DNA of 64,000 nucleotides. Origin: an uncultured Gammaproteobacteria bacterium (GTDB taxonomy: Bacteria; Pseudomonadota; Gammaproteobacteria; Xanthomonadales; Xanthomonadaceae). The translations under genes and the position numbers were made by a program. Location of the stretch: assembly GCA_963747445.1 (NCBI GenBank), contig CAVVFI010000007.1, positions 56,935 to 120,934 of the forward strand. The letters run 5' to 3'. Each line of letters begins with the position of its first letter. Position 1 is the first letter of the stretch. Below, in pieces: positions 47,310-56,526 of the stretch. Below the pieces are notes generated by a model. The model searched no databases and had not been told where the DNA came from. It saw only the letters and a list, made by a program, of their open reading frames with translations.

Positions 47310-48038
47310 CTACCGCCGTTTCAACGTCTCGCGCAATCCCGCCACGCAGCGACGGCTGACTTCCAGCGGATGCGCGCCGTGGCGCAGCACCGCATATACG
47401 TGACCGTCGGGATTGCGCTTGATTTCGACCAGTTCGTGCCGTGCCACCAGGCAATTGCGGTGGATGCGCACGAAACGCTCGCCAAACTCCTCTTCCAGCG
47501 ATTTGAGCGATTCCTCGATCAGGTCTTCGCCCCGCGCATGGTGGACGACGACGTACTTTTCCTCCGCCTGGAGGTAATGCACGTCGTCCACCGGGATCAG
47601 GCGCAGGCTGCCGCGCATGCGGGCGCAAAGATGGGTGCGCTCGCCGCCTCCATGCGCATTGCCGGCGTGTTCGCGACCGGCGGCGAAGGTCCGCACACGG
47701 TCCAGCGCAGCGGCCAGCCGCTCGGCACGCACCGGCTTGACCAGGTAGTCGATCGCCTGCGCCTCGAAGGCCGACAGCGCATGCGCGTCGAAGGCCGTGC
47801 AGAACACCACCGCCGGGCGTGGTTCGAAGGCAGCCAGGTGGCGTGCGGTTTCCAGTCCATCGATGCCGGGCATGGCGATGTCCAGCAGCACCAGGTCCGG
47901 CGCATGTTCGGCGCAGGCGTGCAGGGCCGCGTGTCCATCGGCGGCTTCGGCGACGATCTCGACGTCGGCCTCGGCATCGAGCAGGCTGCGCAGGCGTTCG
48001 CGTGCCAGCGGCTCGTCGTCCACGATCACGATCTTCAC
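47310..48038 (-). CDS. algR: LytTR-family response regulator AlgR
   Basis: REC domain (DDE, LDI, KP) plus LytTR (RIHRNCLV); GTG after GGAGG; upstream of hemC. Confidence 0.9.
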   Translation of the reverse strand: MKIVIVDDEPLARERLRSLLDAEADVEIVAEAADGHAALHACAEHAPDLVLLDIAMPGIDGLETARHLAAFEPRPAVVFCTAFDAHALSAFEAQAIDYLVKPVRAERLAAALDRVRTFAAGREHAGNAHGGGERTHLCARMRGSLRLIPVDDVHYLQAEEKYVVVHHARGEDLIEESLKSLEEEFGERFVRIHRNCLVARHELVEIKRNPDGHVYAVLRHGAHPLEVSRRCVAGLRETLKRR

Positions 48039-48091
48039 GTCGCCTCCCCTTCGTCGAGCCGCCGCCGGCTGCCCCGGGACCGCGCCAGGAC

Positions 48092-49207
48092 CTACTTGGA
48101 CGCTTCCTTGCCCAGCGGTACGCGCACTTCGCAACGATAGTAGCCCGCATCCCACGCGGACGTCATGCCTGCTTGCTGGCCGAAGGCGTACGCGAGCCGA
48201 TCGCCGATGCTGCGTTGCGCATGGCGTGCGCCGTTGCCTTCACCGTCCTGCGCACGCGGTGCTGGTGCCGGATTGCGCACGACGATGCGCAATTGCGCCT
48301 CATCGGCCGTCATCGCAACCTCCACGCAGCCGCCTTCGTGCAAACGCGAGATGCCATGCAAGACGGCGTTCTCTACCAGCGGCTGCAGCAGCAGGCGTGG
48401 CAGCGGCAACGACCAGGGCAGCGGCTCGACCTTGTCCCAGGCAACCCGCAGGCGGTCGCCCAGGCGCAACGACTCGATATCCAGGTAGCGCTCGGCCAGG
48501 TCGACCTCCTCGCGCAGTGTCGAATCCGACTGCCCGGCACCCAGCGCCGCGCGGAACAAATCGGACAGATCAAGCAACGCACGCTCGGCGACGACCGGAT
48601 CGCGTCGCACCAGGCTGGTGATCGCATTGAGGCTGTTGAACAGGAAATGCGGACGGATCCTCGCCTGCAGCGCGTCGGCCTGCGCGCGCGCGCTGGCTTC
48701 CACCTGTGCCTGCCAGCCGTCCAGGACATACAGGTAGCGCAACACGACCGCCGTGATCAGCGCGGCGATCGCAGCACTGCCAAACGCAAATTGCGACAAG
48801 GCGACGCCGGCTGGCACCAGGTCGAAACCGATGTTGCGATCGAGTTGGTGCACCAGCGCCGCGCCAAATGCCGCAACCCATGCCGACCCGACGACCGCGA
48901 CCAGCGACCCCAGTGCCACCGGCAGTCGCGAGACGTGCTTGCGCGACACGCACAACAGCACGGCGATGGTCAGTGCCAGCCACAGCGCGAATCCGCTGGC
49001 CGAGGCGAAGCGCTGCAGGTTCCAGCGCGTGCCGCCATCCGGGGACAACGCCAGCACCAGCACGACCAGCTCGGCGACCACGAACATCATCGCCAGGCGC
49101 GGCAATCGGCACAGGTCCGGAAGCCATGTGTCCCGCGAGCGCCCGCCCCCCAGGCCGGTGCGTTCGCCACCAGGCTGTTTGCTGCTTGCTTCATTGTTCA
49201 CAGCCAT
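48092..49207 (-). CDS. algZ: LytS-family sensor kinase AlgZ/FimS
   Basis: QARIRPHFLFNSLN and LQPLVENAVLHG motifs; N-terminal TM helices. Confidence 0.88.
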   Translation of the reverse strand: MAVNNEASSKQPGGERTGLGGGRSRDTWLPDLCRLPRLAMMFVVAELVVLVLALSPDGGTRWNLQRFASASGFALWLALTIAVLLCVSRKHVSRLPVALGSLVAVVGSAWVAAFGAALVHQLDRNIGFDLVPAGVALSQFAFGSAAIAALITAVVLRYLYVLDGWQAQVEASARAQADALQARIRPHFLFNSLNAITSLVRRDPVVAERALLDLSDLFRAALGAGQSDSTLREEVDLAERYLDIESLRLGDRLRVAWDKVEPLPWSLPLPRLLLQPLVENAVLHGISRLHEGGCVEVAMTADEAQLRIVVRNPAPAPRAQDGEGNGARHAQRSIGDRLAYAFGQQAGMTSAWDAGYYRCEVRVPLGKEASK

Positions 49208-49241
49208 GCTCACCCCAACCGTGCCCAGCCAGGCCACATCA

Positions 49242-49316
49242 CCCCGACGAGAACCGCCCCGACGAGCATCACCCCGACGAGAATCACCCCGATGAGTATC
49301 GCCCCGACGAGAATCG
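49242..49316. repeat. 15-bp VNTR (CCCCGACGAGAATCR) x5
   Basis: Five units read directly; spans the esterase stop codon. Confidence 0.92.
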
Positions 49317-49994
49317 CCGTCCCATCCATGCACTGATATCACGGATTTCCTCGGGACAAACCGCATGCGGCATGGGGTAGTGGTGCCAGTCGACATCGAA
49401 ACCCAGCTCGCGCAGTAATCCCGCGCTGCGCTCGCCCGCGGCAAACGGCACGACTGGATCGTGGTCGCCATGGGCCAGGAAAAGCGGTTGCACGCTGGCG
49501 CCCGGGTGCAGGTCCGAGGCTGCTCGCGGCGCCATGGGCAGATAGGTCGACAAACCCACCAGTCCCGCCAGCGGCGTATCCCGCCGCAAGCCGCACGCCA
49601 GCGCCACCGCGCCACCTTGCGAGAAGCCCGCCAGGATCAAGCGTTGCGGCGGCACCCCTCGCCCGGCCTCGCGCGCGATCAGTGCTTCGACCTGCGCGAC
49701 CGACTCCAGCACCCCGGCGCTGTCGGCGCGCTCGCCGCCAGCCAGTTCATCGGCACTGAAGTTGCGGATGTCGTACCAGGCACGCATGCGCATGCCATTG
49801 TTGATCGTGATCGCCCGCATCGGCGCATGCGGAAACACGAAACGCAAGGCCGGCCAATCCGGCCGCACCAGCTCGGGCACGATCGGCGAAAAGTCATTGC
49901 CATCGGCCCCCAGGCCATGCAGCCACAGCACGGTCCATTGCGGGTCGGGGGCGGTTTCGTGTTCGACGGTTTCAAGGAGTTGGGCATTGGTCAT
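49284..49994 (-). CDS. Phospholipase/carboxylesterase (YpfH/EstB-like)
   Basis: LHGLGADG, GFSQGG, HGDHDPVV and PMPH motifs. Confidence 0.93.
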   Translation of the reverse strand: MTNAQLLETVEHETAPDPQWTVLWLHGLGADGNDFSPIVPELVRPDWPALRFVFPHAPMRAITINNGMRMRAWYDIRNFSADELAGGERADSAGVLESVAQVEALIAREAGRGVPPQRLILAGFSQGGAVALACGLRRDTPLAGLVGLSTYLPMAPRAASDLHPGASVQPLFLAHGDHDPVVPFAAGERSAGLLRELGFDVDWHHYPMPHAVCPEEIRDISAWMGRRFSSGRYSSG

Positions 49995-50052
49995 GCCCCA
50001 TTGTCGCCAGATTTGCGCCCGGGTGCCGGCCGGGACATCCCGCACGCCGCCG

Positions 50053-50835
50053 TCAGACCGCCGTGTAGCCACCATCGACCGCCAGCACCTGGCCGGTGAT
50101 GTGGCTGCCCGCATCCGAAGCAAACAGCAACGCAGCCCCCTTGAGGTCCTGGTCGCCGCCAAGCCGCCTGAGCGGTGCGTTGCCGATCAAGGCCTGCTCA
50201 CCGAGGTGGTCGATCACATCCCGGGTCATCCTGGAGGGAAAGAAACCCGGCGCCAATGCGTTGACGGTGATGCCCAGCGGCCCCCACTCGGCAGCCAACG
50301 CGCGCGTGAAGTTGACCACCGCGCCCTTGGCACTGTTGTAAGCGATGGTCTGCAGCGTGCCTGGCGGATTGCCACGCAGGCCCGCGATGGATGCGATGTT
50401 GACGATGCGACCATGGCCGTTGGGGATCATCGACCGCCTGGCGATCTGCTGGCTGAGCAGGAACAGCCCGCGCACGTTGACGTCGAAGACCTTGTCCCAG
50501 GCCTGCAGCGGGTAATCCTCGGCCGGCGCCCCCCAGCTGGTGCCGGCATTGTTGACCAGCACATCGATGCGACCCATGCGTTCGAGTGCCGCATCCGCCA
50601 GCGCGACCACGCCATCCGGGCTGGCCACGTCGGCGGCCACCCAGTCGACGTCTATCCCGCGCGCCTGCAGGTGCGCCTGCGCGTGTTGCAGCTCTTCGGA
50701 CTTGCGTGCCGACAGCAGCACGCGTGCGCCGTAGTCACCCAGGGCCTCGGCGATTTGCAGGCCAAGGCCACGCGATCCGCCGGTGACCAGCACCGTGCGA
50801 CCGTCCATGTCGAACAACCTGCGTTCGGGGTTCAT
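50053..50835 (-). CDS. Short-chain dehydrogenase/reductase
   Basis: TGGSRGLG, NNAG and YNSAK motifs. Confidence 0.95.
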   Translation of the reverse strand: MNPERRLFDMDGRTVLVTGGSRGLGLQIAEALGDYGARVLLSARKSEELQHAQAHLQARGIDVDWVAADVASPDGVVALADAALERMGRIDVLVNNAGTSWGAPAEDYPLQAWDKVFDVNVRGLFLLSQQIARRSMIPNGHGRIVNIASIAGLRGNPPGTLQTIAYNSAKGAVVNFTRALAAEWGPLGITVNALAPGFFPSRMTRDVIDHLGEQALIGNAPLRRLGGDQDLKGAALLFASDAGSHITGQVLAVDGGYTAV

Positions 50836-50852
50836 GCGACAGTCGCTCCATT

Positions 50853-50891
50853 CAATCCTGGCCGGCAATCCTGGCCGGCAATCCTGGTCGG
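50853..50891. repeat. 13-bp tandem repeat CAATCCTGGCCGG x3
   Basis: Read directly, between the tRNA 3' end and the SDR start. Confidence 0.85.
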
Positions 50892-50950
50892 GTGCATGGC
50901 CGTGCAGGCAATGGCCCTGGCAGACGCTTGCACCTGCGGCAACCGGAGTT

Positions 50951-51272
50951 TGGTGGGCCCACCAGGACTCGAACCTGGAACCAAGGGATTCGCATGTCCC
51001 GGGGGTTTCCCTCCGGTGCGGACTATCTCTTCACCCTTCGACGATGCGGATGGGGTGCGGGACGCTCGAGCCTGTGATCAAGGGCACTGCAGCCCTCAGG
51101 TAGTCTCTGCACCTTCCGGCGGTGTACCGCCGGCTTGGCTCAGGGTTGCCACCGCCCGCGCCAGGCGCGTCGCTGAGGTTTCCCTGAATTCATCCCGATC
51201 CCGTCCGTGCATTCCGGCACGGCGGCACCTTCTCGATGAGTCCCCTGCTCTAACCAATTGAGCTATGGGCCC
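50951..51272 (-). tRNA. ileX: tRNA-Ile2 (anticodon CAU), intron-split; exons 51272-51236 and 50990-50951
   Basis: Joined exons GGGCCCATAGCTCAATTGGTTAGAGCAGGGGACTCAT|AATCCCTTGGTTCCAGGTTCGAGTCCTGGTGGGCCCACCA fold into a 77-nt cloverleaf with encoded CCA; resembles E. coli ileX; located downstream of rpoD. Confidence 0.95.
50991..51235 (-). ncRNA. Group I self-splicing intron (IC3-like core), 245 nt
   Basis: IGS GUG pairs with exon CAU (U-G wobble); P3 GGGAUG/CGUCCC; P/Q AAUUCAGGGAAAC and GGCAACCCUGAGCCAAG; R GAAGGUGCAGAGACUA; S AAGAGAUAGUCC; GAAA-capped P9; terminal G. Confidence 0.95.
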
Positions 51273-51341
51273 GTGAAACGATCTTACCCAATCCCCGCCG
51301 CCTTGCAGCAGTTGCACAACAATCCGGATTATCCTTATTTG

Positions 51342-51761
51342 ATGAAATCCGATCTACGCTGCGTGGGTTGCGCACGACCACTGTCCGGCCGGCAGCGGCG
51401 GTTCTGTTCGCTGGCATGCAAGAACCGGGATACCAACCACCGACACCAGAGCTATGCGAGCCAGCAGGCCCGGGGCCTGCGGCGGAAAATGCAGCTGATC
51501 GAGGAGGCCGGTGGCTGCTGCAGCCAGTGCGGTTACAGGCGCAACATCGCCGCCCTCAGCTGGCACCACCGGGACCTGGCCGGCAAGGCCTTCAACATCG
51601 ACGTGCGCGCCATCTCCAATCGCAGCGAGTGCGAGGTCAGGTCCGAGATCTCGAAGTGCACGCTGCTTTGTGCCAACTGCCACGCCGAAGCGCACCACCC
51701 GCACCTGTCGATCCCCACGCCGGTACGCAGAAACGACAACGGCCGCAAGCGCGACCGTTGA
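51342..51761 (+). CDS. Free-standing HNH endonuclease with N-terminal Zn finger
   Basis: CVGC...CSLAC; GGCCSQCGY...LSWHH...LLCANCHAEAH; 139 aa from ATG 51342, no obvious SD. Confidence 0.88.
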   Translation: MKSDLRCVGCARPLSGRQRRFCSLACKNRDTNHRHQSYASQQARGLRRKMQLIEEAGGCCSQCGYRRNIAALSWHHRDLAGKAFNIDVRAISNRSECEVRSEISKCTLLCANCHAEAHHPHLSIPTPVRRNDNGRKRDR

Positions 51762-51800
51762 GGCAGGGCTGGCCGGCGGAGTGTCGCCGGTTGCAGGGGC

Positions 51801-53699
<1,899 letters not shown>

Positions 53700-53730
53700 C
53701 AGGCGTGTCACCGGGTTGGAATGGTAAGGA

Positions 53731-53779
53731 GTTGGCACCAGGAACGGTGCCGGTAACGCGTTGGCACCAGGAACGGTGC
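53731..53779. repeat. 20-bp direct repeat GTTGGCACCAGGAACGGTGC x2 upstream of rpoD
   Basis: Copies at 53731-53750 and 53760-53779, each with a GCACC-N6-GGTGC palindrome. Confidence 0.88.
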
Positions 53780-53791
53780 AGGGAACCGTGC

Positions 53792-53797
53792 ATTATA
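53792..53797 (-). promoter_or_regulatory. Putative -10 box (TATAAT) of the rpoD promoter
   Basis: Exact TATAAT on the minus strand about 93 bp upstream of the ATG; no convincing -35. Confidence 0.45.
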
Positions 53798-53970
53798 CTG
53801 CGCCGCGCCAAAATCCGCTTGTGGAGCGGATGGCAACGGGTTGCTGATGGCCTTGAAAAGCCGTCATGCGGGCCTTCTCGGTGTCGTCCATCGGGCGGGT
53901 CTTGGCCCCCTGATCGAGAGAACCAGGGTTTCACGATAGCTGGGGCGCGATGGCGGCCCAGCCCCCCGTC

Positions 53971-54411
53971 CTACGCTCTGAGCAGGAAGGTCACCGGCCC
54001 GTCATTGACCAGGCTCACGACCATATGGGCGCCGAAGCGGCCGATTTCCACCCCCGGCGGGTGCATTTGTCGACATTTTTCCACCAGCCCGGCAAACGTG
54101 CGTTCAGCCTTGGCCGGCTCGGCGGCGGTACTGAAGCCCGGGCGCATGCCCGAGGACGTGTCGGCAGCCAATGTGAACTGGCTGACCAGCAACAGTCCGC
54201 CCCCGGTCTGCGTCAATGAACGGTTCATGCGGCCCTGGTCATCCGCAAACACGCGGTAGCCCAGCAGCCGCTGCGCCATGCGCTCGACCTGCGCCGCCTC
54301 GTCCCCCGGCTCGACGCCCACCAGGGCCAGCAGGCCCGGCCCAATCGCACCGACGCACTCGCCATCGACATGGACGGCGGCTTCGATGGCGCGCTGGATC
54401 AGTGCGAGCAT
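53971..54411 (-). CDS. dtd: D-aminoacyl-tRNA deacylase
   Basis: LIQR, SQFTL and NDGPVT motifs. Confidence 0.97.
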   Translation of the reverse strand: MLALIQRAIEAAVHVDGECVGAIGPGLLALVGVEPGDEAAQVERMAQRLLGYRVFADDQGRMNRSLTQTGGGLLLVSQFTLAADTSSGMRPGFSTAAEPAKAERTFAGLVEKCRQMHPPGVEIGRFGAHMVVSLVNDGPVTFLLRA

Positions 54412-54450
54412 GCGGGGTTCCCGAATTTGGACATGGCCTGCCCCTCCTGA

Positions 54451-54553
54451 CTGTCATCCTGAGTGCAGCGACGTATGTATTGGCTGGTTGTTTGCTTCTG
54501 CAGGAGCCAAAGCGCAGGTGTAACAGACCCTCGATCTGCGCGCAGGATGACAG
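54451..54553. repeat. Degenerate GTCATCCTGAG-family REP doublet
   Basis: ctgtcatcctgagtgcagcga ... gcgcaggatgacag. Confidence 0.75.
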
Positions 54554-54647
54554 AGTCCAGGCCATGGAGTGCATTGCAGCCCTTGCGCCAGCTTCGCCAT
54601 CCATGCCCCAGGATCAAGTCCACGCTCGTCACCGCTAGACTGGCCCC

Positions 54648-55574
54648 GTGACCGCCTTCGCCGCCAACCTGTTGTACCTGCTCGCATCCGCGCTGGGCCG
54701 GCTGCCATGGAGCGTGCTGAACCGCATCGGCGACGCGGCGGCGGTGCTGTGGCGCTGGCTGGACGCACGCGAAGCGCGGGTATCGCGGCGCAATCTCGAG
54801 CTGGCTTACCCGGCACTCCCCGACGACGAGCGCGACCGGCTGCAGCGCGCGATCCTGCGCACCACCGCCAGCCAGGCGCTGGAAACCATGCGCTTCTGGA
54901 CCCGCCCGCACGCCGACAACCTGGCATTGATCCGCGAAACCCACGGCATCGAACTGTTCGATGCCGCCTGCGCCAGCGGTCGCGGACTGATCGTCGCCGC
55001 ACCGCATTACGGCAACTGGGAGCTGCTCAACCAGTGGTTGGCCGCACACACCGCGTTGTCGATCCTGTACCGGCCGCCGGAGTCTGCCGTCGGCGAAGCT
55101 TTCCTGCAGCGCGTGCGTGCCGACGGCGGTGGCCAGGTCACGCAGATCCCGGCCGAAGGCGCGGCGGTACGGCAACTGTTGCGGTTACTGCAGGGCGGCG
55201 GCGTCGCCGGCATCCTGCCGGACCAGCAACCCAAGGCCGGCGATGGATTGTTCGCACCGTTCTTCGGGCGGCAGGCGCTGACCATGACGCTGCTGCCGCG
55301 ATTGGCGCAACGGACCGGCGCGACCGTGTTGTTTGCCTACTGCGAACGCATCACTACACCCGCTGCCCGACCTGCCTTCGCCTTGCGGTTCGACGCAGCA
55401 CCCGCCGATATCGGCGATCGCGACCCAGTCGTCGGCACGGCCGCGCTCAACGCTGCCGTCGAGCGGATTGCGCGCCGCGATCCCACGCAATACCAGTGGA
55501 CCTACAAGCGTTTTACCCTGCGACCACCCGATAGCGGTGAAACCAACCCCTATCGCGACCTGGAACGTCATTGA
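54648..55574 (+). CDS. Lipid A acyltransferase (LpxL/HtrB family)
   Basis: PHYGNWE (H-x4-E), LPDQ and QYQWTYKRF motifs. Confidence 0.93.
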   Translation: MTAFAANLLYLLASALGRLPWSVLNRIGDAAAVLWRWLDAREARVSRRNLELAYPALPDDERDRLQRAILRTTASQALETMRFWTRPHADNLALIRETHGIELFDAACASGRGLIVAAPHYGNWELLNQWLAAHTALSILYRPPESAVGEAFLQRVRADGGGQVTQIPAEGAAVRQLLRLLQGGGVAGILPDQQPKAGDGLFAPFFGRQALTMTLLPRLAQRTGATVLFAYCERITTPAARPAFALRFDAAPADIGDRDPVVGTAALNAAVERIARRDPTQYQWTYKRFTLRPPDSGETNPYRDLERH

Positions 55575-55713
55575 TGGCGCCTGTCGATTGCGATGTCCTG
55601 CCGGACAGGTGGCAATGGCCGCCTGCGCGCGCATGCCTGCGGCAGGAAGTCGCCGACGCGGCCCTCGTGCTGGCATCGCCTTTGCGACTGCGTGCCTTGC
55701 ACAAGCGCATCGC

Positions 55714-56526
55714 ATGCCAGGTCGCGCGGCGGTCTTTACGCTGGTGAACACCTTGCCGGACACATTGCCGATCAGTGGCGTCGTGATCACGAAGGACGAG
55801 GCCGACCGGATCGGGCGCTGCGTCGCCAGCATGGTGCCCGTCTGCCGGGAAGTCATCGTGCTGGACTCCGGATCCACGGACGCCACCACGAACATCGCGA
55901 CGGCGGCCGGCGCACGCGTGGAACATCAACCCTGGCTGGGGTTCGCTGCCCAGAAGAACGCGGCGATCGCGCTCGCGACCCAACCCTGGGTGCTCCTGCT
56001 GGACGCCGATGAATGGCTGGCCGACGACGCGGCGCCGACATTGCGTGCCTTGTTCGCCGCCGGCCGGGCCGGGCGCGCCGACGTCTGGCGACTGTCCCGG
56101 CGCACCCACTTCCTCGGCGCGGCGCTGGATCACGGCGGCTGGGGCAACGAGCAGGTCGAGCGCCTGTTCCGCCCGGACCTGCGATACCTCCCTGCCCAGG
56201 TGCACGAGAAGCTGGACCTGGACAACAAGCGCGTGGCCGCCTTGCGCGCCCGCATCGAGCACGACACCGCGCGCAACGAGGCCGAATACGCCCGCAAGCT
56301 GGAGCGCTATGCCGAGCTCTGGGCCCGGCAGCGGCATGGGTCCGGAAGACGGGCGGGCCCGCTGGCGCCGGTACTGCACGCCGCCGGCTACTGGCTGAAG
56401 AACTTCATCCTGCGCGGCGGTTTCCTCGATGGCCCCTTGGCGCGGCGCTACCACCGCCTGCATGCCCGCTACGTCTACCGGAAATATCGCCTGCTGCGTG
56501 CATCGCACGTGGCTACCGGCGAATAA
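55714..56526 (+). CDS. Glycosyltransferase family 2 (KdtX/WaaE-like); start uncertain
   Basis: VVITKDE, DSGSTD, LDADE and VHE motifs. Confidence 0.9.
   Translation: MPGRAAVFTLVNTLPDTLPISGVVITKDEADRIGRCVASMVPVCREVIVLDSGSTDATTNIATAAGARVEHQPWLGFAAQKNAAIALATQPWVLLLDADEWLADDAAPTLRALFAAGRAGRADVWRLSRRTHFLGAALDHGGWGNEQVERLFRPDLRYLPAQVHEKLDLDNKRVAALRARIEHDTARNEAEYARKLERYAELWARQRHGSGRRAGPLAPVLHAAGYWLKNFILRGGFLDGPLARRYHRLHARYVYRKYRLLRASHVATGE

Noticed and set aside
49242-49316. Possible CRISPR array (also considered 23174-23244, 29437-29571 and 53731-53779)
   Set aside because: Units are contiguous or only two copies, there are no unique 30-40-bp spacer series, and no cas genes are present.
50951-51272. 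tRNA-Met or tRNA-fMet, or a tRNA broken by an integrated element
   Set aside because: No C1:A72 mismatch or three G-C anticodon pairs; resembles ileX. The insert has group I core motifs and no att duplication or integrase.
53850-53880. CTTGAAA as a sigma-32 promoter for rpoD
   Set aside because: It lies on the plus strand, pointing away from rpoD, and lacks a CCCCAT -10.
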